Positions 37,905 through 51,112 of a stretch of 64,000 nucleotides of DNA are shown here, in pieces. Positions within the stretch are counted from its first letter, which is position 1. Each line of letters starts with the position of its first letter. This stretch comes from Microthyrium microscopicum (taxonomy: Eukaryota). The notes under the pieces are model-generated. The model was not told where the DNA came from. It was given only the letters and a program-made list of their open reading frames with translations, and did not search any database. The stretch lies in NCBI GenBank assembly GCA_010405405.1, contig MU004237.1:1003345-1067344 (forward strand), in the 5' to 3' direction. The position numbers were made by a program, and so were the translations under genes.

Positions 37905-39885
37905 TTATCGCGGTATTCGAAATGGGTGCGCCTCTGTGTTAAACACGTAGTCATCCAAACTGACGAGGTCCGGCTCGCTGAAGATAAGATAGAAATACTT
38001 CAACGTCTCCGCCATCCAGAAGCTCTCCATGCTATCCTCTTTTTCAGGATATGGCATTTGAGTATCCTTGATTGCTGCATTGGCAAAATCCGTTCTTGTG
38101 TACTTATCGATGGACTGAAACATCTCCCAAGCGATATCCTGAAGCTTCGTATCGCCAGTGATGCGGTAAAGATAGAGCATGCTTTCTATAGCCTCGGGGC
38201 GGAGGGCATACTTCCCGTCACCGATGTTGGTGAAAGCAGATTGCTGATGTGGATCCCAGTCGCAGGGCTCGAGAGTCGGACATGCATTCATTGAAAAGCG
38301 TTCTGGCATAATGCCAATTGGTGAGTGTCGATATGCCCATACGCAGCCGTTGGTCAGCTTTGTGCCCACATCTATATGAGTGTTGTTGCTGAATAGGCGA
38401 CCCCCAAGCAGGAACATACCGCCAGCAAAGCAACTAAGATGTTGGCCAGAGTTCTCGCGAGCAGCACCTGCATGTGCAACGCCACTGATCAAGATATCGG
38501 CTTGATCCGGTAATTGTGGCCGGAAAAGCATGTGTGTGATGGCTGTATCCATGGCATGCTCGTAGAGTCTTGCATATTGCGGCTCTTGCCCACCCAGAAG
38601 TTGATATGTTTTCCCGAAATATTCAAACGCTGAATCTGCCATAGCACCGAAGCTGAAAGATGTATCGAAGGTGAGATCTTGGGCTCTGACATCGACACCA
38701 ATTGGAAACATGCCGGGAAGTTGAGTGCGGTTCTGCTGTTCGTACAGTATGTTGGTAACTCTAGCCACGGCATCGTAGTAGCGCATATCTCCAGTAAGCT
38801 GAGAAAGCCTGGTGAACTCTAGGCTGAACGAGGCCATTTCAGCAATGATGCCCTGCTCTGCTGGAAGCTGATCTTCCGCGGTCTTTCTTGGATTCCAACG
38901 TGTGCAAGGCATCCGGTTTGGTGTATCGAAAGAAGCATAAATCATGTCGCCAACCTCAACAGCTTTTGCTAACAATCTTTCGTCCTTGCAGTCTGTTAAG
39001 TCGTAAGCAGCAAGAAATCCGCCGAGGTAGCGAATCGTAGTCTCGAACATATTGAGAGACTCTAGAGACGAGCTCTCTGGATTGAAGCTGATATTTGTTG
39101 CGGCGGCCACTGCCATTTCAAAGTCATCTTTCATGTCCATGAGCCAAAGGGTGTCGAGGTTGTCGACCAGCGTGGCGCCCCAACCTCCAAATGGATTCTT
39201 GGAGCCTCCAGAGATAGGAGCAAGTTCATCTGCTAACCAGGCTCTGTCTTTGTAAGATTGCCAAGCGCGTAGGAATACTGCTTTTACAGAAGCCTAAAGT
39301 TATCAGCACAGTTTTACAACATCGAAGCGTATATTGTCTTAGGTTTTGGTTAACACTGCATCCTCCGACCCGTCGCCTTCAATTGAACCCATAGCATTTG
39401 ATCAAGAACGCATGCTATGGGAGCCATCAAGTGAGATGGGAGCCACCGAGTCGTACGTATATCTTGAGTGGGAGAGCCAATGAGGACTTCCAGATGCCAT
39501 CAAGTTTTCTGTGTATTCTGAGGGGAAGTCTAACCTGTCGTTGTTTTCTAGTGATCTGTGCCGACACGGAAACAGTATTCGCATTCGATGCGAAATCATG
39601 CTGAATTTTGGGTAAGGTAAGTGATGTGCCAGTAGGCAGCGCAGCAAATTCCTGAACGGGATACTTCACGGGTACAGCCCTCCAGTCGAAGCCATTTTGA
39701 GGAGGAACGTATGCCGGAAATGGTGGTGAGTCGGGACACGCGCTGACGGGAAGGGAAGGAGCGGTGGAGGATGATTTTGATGGAGAGGCAGTTGGCAAGA
39801 AGCATTTATGTCCAACAAGAAAGAGGACATAGCAAACAGCAACGAGAGTGACAAGGTCCCAGCATTTCTTTCTAGGGAGTAGCAT
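37905..39885 (-). CDS. Class I alpha-1,2-mannosidase (GH47), type II membrane protein; 241-nt intron 39294-39534
   Basis: N-terminal TM segment, GGWGATLVDNLDTLW, FETTIRYLGGFL, LEFTRLSQLTGD, ADSAFEY, LRPEAIES, ESFWMAETLKY and FNTEAHP. Confidence 0.93.
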
Positions 39886-40266
39886 ATCTTGATGAAGGCA
39901 ATTGACGACTTTTGACTGGGCAGTATTGCAGAATGATTTCAGCGCAAGAGTCAGTTGGAGCATGACGATGAAGAAAGAGTTCCTTGTAGAAGTGGCGGAA
40001 ATCAAGTTCACAACTGCTCAACGCTGTTCGCAGGGAGATCTTATTCATGGCCTGAACTTCTGCATGAATACAACGAGCCATGAGCGCATTGAACCAACAA
40101 TTCAAAAGGTAACATCCAAAGGGATTGGACCCATTTGCGCCGTTTGCAACTGTGCAATCCAGCGACAGAAAGCTTGCCCCAACTTCCTGATCTAGCCTCC
40201 CTCGTGGCTGCGCTTATGGGCCGTGCTAAGAATGCATTTTGCTTCCCCCTTGTTGGAGATGGTTAC

Positions 40267-40375
40267 ACAGTCGGGTTGTAGGGCTGACTAGAGCCACGGC
40301 CCACGAGGCGAGGCTGAAGACAAGGCTGAAGACAAGGCTGAAGACAAGGCTGAAATACTTCATTGGTCCGATGAG
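40267..40375 (+). repeat. Direct repeat copy 1, with 3+ tandem AGGCTGAAGACA units
   Basis: Aligns by eye with 42071-42158. The 12-bp unit occurs at 40311, 40323 and 40335, plus a partial copy. Confidence 0.8.
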
Positions 40376-40437
40376 GTACCTGTGTACCTCGTAGTTGTAC
40401 GAACCCCAAAAACTAGGTTGAATTGTCAGATCCGATT

Positions 40438-41807
40438 CTAAGTACATAGTTCAGCCCACTCAGTTTTCCATAACCACATGTACGATTGCTTGTATATCCA
40501 AACTACAAGGCCAAAAGGTGTCATGACCCCGTAGTATATTCCCATCGGCCAGCCAGAGTAGCATGTGTTGTTTAGTTCTGCAAGTCCCGTCTGCCTATCG
40601 ATGGCTAGATCGATTTTGAATATTTCAGTAGTCGTGTGTACCCAGTTTGATCTCATTTTGTACTTGTTCTGTGCTGTCCATTCCACAAATTCGAAGTACA
40701 GTGTTCTCTCGATGCCTAGTCTTCCATCAGGCTGTACAATCCGTACATTGTTCCATTCCACGTTCCGATTTTCACCTCCGATAGGGTCGAACCAATCTTG
40801 CTGCTGACCCCAGATTCCCGTCATGCTTTTATAGCCAGTCCACCTGCCATCCTCGAAGAAAGCTGGGTCTGTCATGCGAGCTAGATGACAGGTAGGCAGG
40901 TCGACCATGGATTCGTTCGTAAATGGAGTAGGTAGTTCCAGCAGAGAAAATGTTGGTAATCTCTTGGGTAAAGAAGGTGTGTATGTTCCCATACAACTCT
41001 CGCGATCAAGTGGGTAATCAGAGGCGATTGCCTTTCGTAGCCCAACGGCGAAGTATGACACGGTTCGAACAGCCAGAGTGTGAATCATGGTAAATAGTTT
41101 GTTTAGCTTGCCGTCAGAGAGGTTGGGATCGCCAGTGTCGATTCGAGACCAAGGTACAGTAGCAAGCGCGGGCTGATTGGACTGGGAAGAAAAGCCGAAG
41201 CATTCAGTCTGCCCAGCTTGCAGATCTTCCTGAAGGAGAACATATGCGGCCAGACATATGCCAGAAGCATAAGAAGAATACCAGGTATCCATATTCGCCA
41301 GCGTGACCTCTGGATTGCTAGGAATCATCAGTGGCCCAGGATGACAACGCTCCTTCAAAGTTCGTTGGTCCTCCTCAACACCCTGGCACTGACCATGAAA
41401 GTTGAAGGGGTCAAGGCGCTGGATTATATCTCTGTCTGAGTCAATCTAGTATTAGTTCATGACCTTTAGGAACGGAGAATGATTTACTAACTATGGAGCA
41501 TCATCACATGTGGCAACCACCGCAAGGTCTGCTTAGATGGCATGAACTTCTCATCTGTGGTTCTTGTCAGGGCGATTGCGCACGCCCAGCGCTTCCAAGT
41601 GCCGTCATCTTTATGTGTCGCAAATGCCTCAACATCCTCAATTAGGAGACCAGAGTTGAATATTACGACACTCTTCCAGACTGAAGGGTGGTCGATGGCT
41701 TCCTTCAACACCCGGCAAACTAAAAGCATGTTCAGCGCATCTTGAGGAGGCAAAAAGGACACAATGTCTGCCAGTATCTCAAATGGAAGTTGCACGAAGG
41801 ACGCCAT
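40438..41807 (-). CDS. F-box domain protein (one intron near 41440-41490)
   Basis: N-terminal F-box FVQLPFEILADIVSFL...LLVCRVL...VWK. The 3' ORF has FFEDGRWTGY and GVMTPFGLV...WLWKTEW. Confidence 0.8.
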
Positions 41808-42070
41808 GGTATCAGGGTTGAGGGTGACTGAGCAAATGATTAACAGGTTTAGAGTCTAAAGTTGTCAAAAATAATCAAGAGAAGCGCATCTTTATGTAAT
41901 TGACTTCCAGCTGAGCCCTCTCACATACCTGTAAAGTATGTTGGTCCCTGTTAGTAGCCGTTGGTGGTGTACAATGCCAGCTCATGGTTCAACAAAACCA
42001 GGTCTGAAGACTGTGAAACGACGCGTTATCCAATGAACGGCCAGGCTAAGTAGCGCGGCGGCACATCTGT

Positions 42071-42158
42071 ACAGTCGGGTTAGTAGGGCTAAATAGAAAA
42101 CCACGCCGCACAAGGCGAGGCTGAAGACAAGGCTGAAAAACTTGATTGGCTGGACGAG
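42071..42158 (+). repeat. Direct repeat copy 2 (one full AGGCTGAAGACA unit)
   Basis: ACAGTCGGGTT(A)GTAGGGCT...AGGCGAGGCTGAAGACAAGGCTGAAA..CTT.ATTGG is shared with 40267-40375. Confidence 0.8.
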
Positions 42159-42478
42159 TGAAATGGGATTTCATGTACTCAAAGTTTCAAAACTTTTCAA
42201 TAGGACAAACTTCTATTTAAATTGATATTGCAAACACAGGTACTTTTAGAAGATATGTTGGCCAAGCGGCCAAGCGAGCGCCATGCACAAGAATGCATGT
42301 GTGATACACGGGCGCTTTGTATTGGTTGCCTCAATTCTGCCTTCTACCAACGGTGGGGCGCCGGGCTGTGTGAGGCCGCCAACTCTAGTATCTCTGTACT
42401 TGAATTGATCAACCTACACGTACTATCATTCAACTTGCTTTGCATGCTCTTGTCGATCAAGGGGTCTATCACCTCGCC

Positions 42479-44643
42479 ATGGACCCTCTCAGCATCACTG
42501 CAGGGTGCATTGGTCTGTTGGAGTTCGCCGCGAAATGTATCCCCGCAACAATGAAGCTAGTGAGGGAATTTCGAGAGGCTAGAGAGCAGCTCACTGCTCT
42601 GCAAGAACAAATGGAAACCTTACGAAGAGTGGTCGATCTGATCAAGTACGAATGCGAAGGAATGGGAGACACCATTATTACGATGAAGAGCAGTGTACCG
42701 GCGCTGACCTCGGATGCTCTGGAAAACTGCAAGTCCATTATGGAGCAGATGTCAAATACTATCAGCAAGCATGGATCATCGCATACTGCATTTGCTACTT
42801 GGTGGGTGGGAATAGGCAAAGAAGAGGTTGAGAAATGGTCGAGGAAGTTGGAGCAACATAAGTCAACACTGGTCATAGCCCTTGAATACATTGAAATGTA
42901 AGCATATGGTTCGTCATTGGTAATGCTTAGCTAAGTTGTTCATAGATCTATCAGTAAACAAACAAAAGCCGACACCACCATTCTCAGAAGTGATACTACA
43001 GTCATCAAGACTGAGCTACGCGAGAATCACCAAGCTACAAAAGAAATTCTAGCTCTTATCAAAGCACAACATCCAGAATTGCCCACGGATCTGAAAGAGC
43101 TCAATCTGGATGATGGCTTGGATGAAGAGAAGGTCTTGGAGCAGATTGACAGCTATGCTGACAAGGCTGTGGAGGCTCAATATGGTTCGAAAAGAGCTTT
43201 GAAGAAAGAGTGAGTTTCAATGCTATCAAAAATACAGCGTCCACTAAATTGCTCCATAGAAATTCGGGAACATCTACACCTCCAAGAGAGCATACTGCAC
43301 TATTTGCTAAAGAATTAGATAGCGCATTTTCTGTGTCGACAAAGGTCAAAACTGAAATGGATGTGGTTCCAGAAGAAGACTTACCCAATTACAGCAACTC
43401 AGTCCCACAATCGCCTACTATACGGCCGGATACGAGGCGCAAATCAAGCCTTTCGAGCTTCAGCTTCTTCAAGTCTAGAAGAGAATCGAAATCTGGAAGT
43501 ACGAGTCCAGGTAGTTCTTATGATCCACATCGATCAGAGAGTACGGGGCAAGCGATAGAAAAAGACAGGTATATATGCCTCTTAGTAACACTGGGAAACA
43601 AGTCGATTAACATGTACAGAGCTCTATCATCAAACTCTTCGTTTAGCTCAGCAGGAAGATCGAGCATACTCTTTGAAAAGGTTCCAGACTTTGTTTCTTC
43701 ACTACCTACCAAGCAAATTTGGTCTCTTAGCATCCCAGATGCTCACCGCATGGGATTCTTTGTCAGCCGCAACAAAGCTTTCAAATACTTGTCTGGGGAG
43801 ATGACGACGATAAAGCTTAGCGAGATGCTTCCGCAGCCAAGAAATCCCTTCCCGATTGCCAAAGGATCCAAGATATGTACAATTTCCCCAGACGGAGATC
43901 AAGTCGCAGCTGTAAAGCATGGCGTTCGGGATAAACTTTGGCTATTCAACAGCCGGACATGGGAACAAACTGCACAGCTCAATTGTGACACTGGCGGCCA
44001 TTCAATGAAGGTAGCTTTCTCTCCCGATGCGCAATACCTCATTACCTTGAACATCTACAAGAAGCTGCAGCTCTGGGATATTGAAAAACAGAAGAGAGTC
44101 CACAGCAAAGAAATGTCTAGCTGCTATAAGATCGCCGTCTCGTCAGACAGCTCCAAACTCTTGATCGGCTTAGAATCTGGCGAGATACAAGTCTGGAAAC
44201 TCCGAACCTTCGAACGAAGAACATCAATCACATCTGGAGGAAAGGGATACGACAAGCGCATACTTCAATTTTCAGCCTCGCCTACTGAGATGAAGCTAGC
44301 ATATCTTACTGCTGATGGAAGAGTTGGAGTTCTGGATATAGATACTAATATCGCCCGAGAATGGGATATACCGGAAGGAGGGTGGACACAAGATAATGTG
44401 GAGAAGATCCGATTCAGTACTAATGGGCGAGATGAACATGTCGCCATCTCAGATGGTGGTAGGTTTGTGAGTTTGCTTCATCGCAGTACGCTGTTGGTAT
44501 GGGATACTCAGACAACAGCCCTATTGCATCGCAATGAAGCATTTGCGATGGCGCAGGTCACAGGTTCCAGAAATCTTCTGGTTCTCACACCGCCGCAGTT
44601 CCCAGCAACCGATGGGCTGTTGACAATGTACTCGCTCGGATGA
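42479..44643 (+). CDS. Fungal STAND N-terminal (HeLo-like/SesA-type) domain plus WD40 propeller protein; introns 42898-42945 and 43210-43259
   Basis: MDPLSITAGCIGL start and helical N-terminus ending ...LEQHKSTLVIAL. WD40-like repeats include ISPDGDQVA, VAFSPDAQYL...LQLWD and IQVWK. Both GT-AG introns restore the frame. Confidence 0.8.
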
Positions 44644-44856
44644 TAACCAGTGCTTGGTACCAACGAATCTTATGACCAAGGACTGAAACAAAATCTCAAT
44701 GAACAAACATATCTTGAGTAATTGCTACTACAAATTTGGTATCTAATTTTGCTCTGTGGACTGGTACTACGACGTAGTCAGCCTCACACCTCCCATCTCC
44801 TAATCGTACAAAAGCCATTTTTATCTCGCGATGCTGGTCACAGAGCAACTGCCACT

Positions 44857-47800
44857 CTAGCCCGCAATGATGAGCACGTATCTAGACACAAGTTAGCATA
44901 TTTCCAGCCATCGTATACGAGCGAGGGACTTACGAGGTGATACTATTCATCCGCTCATTCGTCAATTTCAAGCCCACCTTCAGCAGTTCCGTCGCCACAT
45001 CAGCCTGTTCTTTCTGCAGCTTCTCCCAGTTTTCGAGGTTCATCATCCATGCAACAGAGTCTACTTCAGCAACGACTGTTGCTGTACGCTTGCTTTCGGC
45101 AAAGAAGGGGAGTTCGCCGCATGTTGTGCCGGCTACGATACTTTCAGAGTAGCGCCCTTGGTCGAGTTCGTGGTCGGCGCGGAGTACGCCGACTTCGAGG
45201 AGGTAGAAGCCTTGCGGGATATCGCCGCGGGAGAAGAGAATGGAGCCTTGAGGGAGTTCCTTGCGGGTGAAGTATGGTACAGCACGATGCCAAAAGTCGT
45301 AGTCTTTGGATGTCGAGTCTTTGAATGCCTGCAGGAGAAGAGGCAGTGGTTGGGAGAAGGATTGCCATTTAGCGGGTGTGGTGAGTGTATGGTCGGAGAG
45401 GGTATTTGCTGCAGCTCTCGTAAGGTGATGGCTGCGAGGAGTGTTTTCGATGATTTCTGCCACGGCAGCAGAATCAGCGTTGAGAGTGGTAGGAATGGCT
45501 AGAGGCGTGGTCAGTTTGAGCTTCGTTTTGTTGAGCGGTGGACTTACTTAATGCACTTGCAGCCGGAGCATCTTTTTGGGCAGATAATTCATCGCTTCGT
45601 TCTTTGAGCGTTAGAAGGAGTTCATTTTCGCAGGCTTCAAGTGCTTGATTCAAATCTTCAAACACTCTTGGAGGGAGATATTCGTTGTCTTCGTGGAAAT
45701 TTTCCAGTAAACCGACCATGCTCAATGCTTGTCCCACTTGATCGGATACAGAGACACCAGAGATGATCAATTCGACACCCTTGCCATTCAGAACTCGATT
45801 CATCCTGACAAAGGCTTCGGCAGCGGAAAAGTCGAGACCCTGAACAAGACTAAAGTCAATGATCAAATACCGGATGGGTTGTCTCATGAACGCTTCTTCA
45901 TCAATCATCGCTCTGATTCTCTTTTCAACTGCAACAATCGATCCAAAAAAGAGGTAGCCAGTTAATTTGGCCAATTTGATTTGCGATCCCACCTCATTTA
46001 GGAATCGCCGCTGTAGAGGATGGCGTCGAACAGTCGACTCGGCAATGGTGCCGGAATAGATAGCTCTTATAGGCGAACTCCTTGAAGTTTGGACCACGAA
46101 GATCAGGCATGCAAGAACAATACCCAAGACAATACCTACGACGAAGTCATAAAATCCCATGACTACAGTGATAGCCAAAATCTTCAAATATTTAGATCAG
46201 TTGTAAAGGAAAGAAGTTGCAATGTGCTCACCATAGAATACTCCAAGGTTTGAAGTTTACCGAATGTGTCCCATAATGCTTCTTGTACCATTTCGATACC
46301 TAGCATGAAGATCAAAGTTCCAACAATCATAATGGGAATGAACCCAATCATGGCTGGACCCGCTATCCAAATTCCAGTTGTGGCTAAGGCAAGGAGCACA
46401 CCTGCCCATCTGCTGTTTCCACCATTTTGGATGAACAAACGACTATTTGCAAACACAAGGTAATTCTGAGAATATTAGCCTAGAAGATAGCTTTCGCGTG
46501 CAATAACAGAACCTACCTGTATACTTCCAACACAGCCCGAGAGAGCATTTGACACTCCATGACCGAAGAGTTCGCGATTGATATTGATATCATCTTGCTC
46601 AACTGCAATTCCAAGAGCTGGTACATTGATGGGAACGTGAATAATACCAAAGAATGACAAGGCGAACATAGTTGGCACAGTGAGAGAAACTGCTTCCCAA
46701 TTTATCTTGCTCCATCCTGCATCGTGTCAGTAATGCCAATGTGAGGATAAATGATATACTTACTGTAGTATGTATAGAAGTTGTAAAATGGTACACCCGC
46801 ATCAGGGGCTTTGAAAACCCATCCGTGATCCCGGAGATCCTGAAGACCAAGATTTGGCACTGCCACGACAACAATATAGAATATGCCGACAATAGCAATG
46901 AAGAATGCCGGCATAACTATTGGATGGCTAAGATATTTCCGGATCCCCATCAATGAGATTGCAAGAGCCAAGGGAAGGACCCAAAGGACGAGAGTCGTAG
47001 GAACCATCATTCGTTCTAGAGTATCTAGTCCCCAGCCAAGACTTGAATCAAGGCCGGCAGATACTTCAATACCAGTGAGAAAAAGGAAAACACCAACTCC
47101 TCCAATGCAACCAAGGAGAATGCTACGCGGAAAGAAGCTGACGAGATCTCCCAGACGAAGAGCGCCGAGAAGGAGGAATATTAAGCCAGTCAAGACGGAG
47201 CTCAGGGCGTATGAGACTATTGTGGTAGCCAGGACAGTCTCAGGATCGTCTTCGCCAACGTGGGCCAGAATCATATAAGCCATTTTGTGGAAGAATGGGA
47301 CTACTTCAATCTGTTTTGATTAGTCCAAGATTACTGCAATCTGCAATATTCAACCTTACCATTTCAGAGCCAACTCCTCCTCGGAATGCAGTCCCACCCA
47401 GCGAGTATGTAAGTTGAGAAATGATACAGCTGACGTAGAACATTGATATTCCGTCAGGTCCTGTCTTTTCGAATATTGTTTCTCCCAAAGGAAATAATAT
47501 CATTCCTATAACTAGTTAGAGAGAAAACTCGAGAGATTGAGAGCTGTATACCGTATGATAGTGCGTCGAGTAAGTTGAGGAGCACTCCCAAAAACACTGC
47601 AGATAGAGCGCCAACACTAGTCTTAAGCATCTCTTGAAGATCCCATCTCGTTGGATGAATCGCATGGTTCCAGGATGAGTGAAAAGCATCCCGAACCTGA
47701 GTAATTCTCCCTTTTGAAGCTACCCATTGTCTTTCCAAATAGTCTATGCTCTTAATTTGATTCCTCTCCGAATGTGTACGTTGTAATAAAGCAGTATTCT

Positions 47801-48512
47801 CCGTTGCTTCCTCGTCGCCATCATCAATAAATATCGGCGGAGCTCCTGGTCTACTATTATCCGATCGTGCGCTCTTCGATCGAGTCGAGAAGTACGTTTG
47901 CGGAACCGAGTGCTTCTTATGCTTGAAAAGATTCGACAATACAGAACCAGGATGTTGTTCTTCTGAGCTTGCTTCTGGTGTAGTTGGTTCTGAGACTTCG
48001 GCTATCACATTAGGGCGTGAGGTCTCCATGGATGTCCGATCTTCGCGGTCCGAGTCGCTAAATGTATTACTGAATCGACTGAGCGCATCTGGATCGGATT
48101 CAGACATCGATGTAGAACGAAGAAACGACCCGCTGTTGCCTCTGGGAGACTCTCCGAGCGCCCATGATGCTAATTCTTGTGTTTGTTCGCGGACACCTTG
48201 TGACGAATACTGTAGCGGTTCAACTATTTGAGATTAATTTGTGTTTCATCGCAGAGGTAAGCTAGACAAACCTGTCCCGTGCGAGGCATGGTGGTAGAAG
48301 GATCTGGTAGGCTGTCGATGTCCATAGCTTGACGATAAATTTGAAGCTGACGAAAAAGAGCCAGATCTTGGTATTCGATGAGCAGAGCGACCTCTTATTG
48401 ACTGAGTGTGATCAATTGACAGAGCTTCTTCAACATCTGCATTCGAAAAGGGTAGTCGCTGTTGGAGATAGTTTTGATCGCTTCCTTGGCCAGATCCTGG
48501 GCTTTGTGACAT
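44857..48512 (-). CDS. VSB1: SulP-family transporter with STAS and cNMP-binding domains (Vsb1-like vacuolar basic amino-acid transporter), multi-exon
   Basis: [55 protein letters not shown] (STAS) and [15 protein letters not shown] (cNMP). Confidence 0.88.
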
Positions 48513-49657
48513 TATATCGGCGTTTGCATTGAACAAAAGCGCAACCGCTCTTCCCACGGCAAGATTGAGGCTTCAGAAAGTCTCAAGACTTGCACGCAGA
48601 GATGAGGTTAGGCGCGAGGCAGGATGACGTGATTGTCAAAGATATTAAACCGTGAGTGATGCGGGCGCTTGTCGACCTCAAGATTGGATAAATTACGGAA
48701 ATTGATAATCAAGCATTGGAGAATACAAGTTAAAGAACGCGCTTTGCCAGTTGTTGGGCCACTATAGCCAGTGGTATGTCAAGTTGAGTAGCAAGATAGG
48801 TACAAACTCGAGTACTCTGAGGATGAAGCTTCGCAGCGTGGGATGTCGCGGGGGCTCGGAGGTTGAAAAGCTGGGGAAGCAACAAAAAAGGAAGCGAAAG
48901 GCAGTGTCAGGGAAGATTTAGACAGCGGATCCTCGGCATGCAGGGAGATTTAGCGAATACAGTATCAGTCTTCAGACAGTGGTGAAAACTTGAAAAGAGG
49001 TCCAAACGATAATATACTCTGCTAGTGGAATCAAAGCTAGACCAACTTGTGCGCGGGGCGAGTTTGCGGCTCGATGAGGCGGATCTGGGCTTGCAGCTGA
49101 GATGAATCTGGATGCTATGTCGATAGTCGATTGTCCAATAATCGTACTCAAACGTGCCTGGAGATGTACGAGTTGCTCAGAGGACTGGAAAGGACGTTAT
49201 CAGACACCGGGAGCTTGAGGTTGAACGGCACAGGAGCTTCAGAATTCACACCAACATGGATGATGCTTGAGTGAAGAGAAGCAGCGACGATGGGCCATGT
49301 CGCGACAAAGACGCTACCTCGCTCCGGTCCCAAATTTTCATTTGTGTTTGAAAAATTTGCCGATTCCTAGTTTGCTCTCAGACTATTATCTCTCCACATA
49401 TCTCTCGTTAAAAGGCACGGATGGCAAGAAACATGGAGCACGCGGATGCTAGACATGCAGAGCCGTTTTGTACGACATCGATTCCCTGAAACCTGCTGCT
49501 GCCGCGAACTTGGGCCAATGCACGCGTACATGTGGCGTCAAACTTGCATACTTCCATGCTAGAATGACGAGCAAATTTTTAACTCCTCAAGAAAACTCTG
49601 GCCCTGGTTCAATAATTCAATTCATTCGCATATGAATTGTTATTTTTCTACCTCAAT

Positions 49658-50901
49658 TCAATCCAGCTCCCATACAAGAGTCTCCCGCCCCTGGGTGCAC
49701 AAGATCGAATACGCGTTTCCTTCAAACGATTTGGCGGACAGAGAAAACCAATAATCCTTCTGACTATCTCGGAGCTGAAGAAATAGCGAAATGATACTGC
49801 GGCTCATCATGAGTCCTTGGACTTGAACGTGCACAAGCTGTTGCGGTGCAGCCTTGTCCTCAGCGTCTTGGGTGGACATACACGGTACTTCATATCGACA
49901 GATGTACTTGTCCACTTTGTCAGTCGTCTGAACACGCGGCGAATCCATCGAAAGCAATCCTAGCCATTCTAAAAGTTGCTCTTGATAGTCTTGATCTTTC
50001 ATTGCTCCTGACGATTTGGCAATGGGCACCACAGCATTCGGGATGTTTTGAATAGACAGGATGCATTCGCACAGTACCGAATTCTGATGTTCGATGGGGC
50101 ATGTGGTTCCCTCACCACGGCTCTTCTGGCCGCGATGAAAGTCATAAAAAAGCCATTTCACTGGCTCGTTGAGCACTCGAGTGAATGCCCAGACAATCCT
50201 ATCAAACCCCTTCTTGCCGCGAACCATCTGCGCAAGTCGTAGGTTGAGCTCTATCACTACCAAAAGGTTAAATCGTGTCCAGCAGTCCCAGAAAAGCACA
50301 TACCATAACGCGACTTGATATGCTTCCGCCCAAGGCTAGGAATTGCCCTGCCTGTCAGCCCACATCGTTCATAGGTGGGCTTGTCCAGTTCAAGTCTTAG
50401 AATCCCTATTCGAGTCGTCAGACTTATTCCTGGTCAGCTGCAGGCGATTTACCATCTTTTAAAGAAAAGCGGTTGTCGATATGTGGTCGACCTTCTGAGA
50501 GCAGAAATATGTTGCCTACAAATTATTAGAAGATGATCAGAATGGCTGGGCTGATAGTAAACATACCAGTCTTGATATAATAATTGAAAAAGTCTCCGGA
50601 TATTACCTCCAGTAATGTCATGGTTACCTTGTGGTATTCTGTTTGTAATGACTCTGGTGTGATGCTGGATTTAACAACCTCCCAGAGCTCGTGGGGAAGG
50701 ATCATGTCAACCTAAAGGTCTTAGCTCTGAAGTGAAATCTACATGTAATTTACTCACTGTATGACATGCTGCATTAGAGCTTATACTTGAGAAAGGTTTG
50801 CGCCGCTTTGATACATTTTTGGGATCAATTTCTGTTGGTAATTCAAGGTGTGTGAAGTAACATGGCGAACTGCGGATGGTTTGCGATTGCGAGAGAAACA
50901 T
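49658..50901 (-). CDS. RPP40: RNase P/MRP subunit p40-like protein, multi-exon
   Basis: IELNLRLAQMVRGKKGFDRIVWAF...WLFYD, LLEWLGLLSMDSPRV...VDKYICRYEVP and upstream FLLSEGR; this is the fungal Rpp40 pattern as I recall it. Confidence 0.75.
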
Positions 50902-51112
50902 GATGACAACTCCCGGAGCTACACCGCTTAGATGTCTCAGAGTTTTCAGTTCCGTCTCGAGGTCAATATGACATTTGTGGTTGTAAACGATAGAACTGTT
51001 TGATGGTTGAAGAGATCGAGGACATGAAAGGGACGCTAGCTCTTCATTGGGCTTAGCGTACCTCACGCAAGGCTGGCAGCCTTGCTGCGATATGCCAACT
51101 GATGGATAAAAT

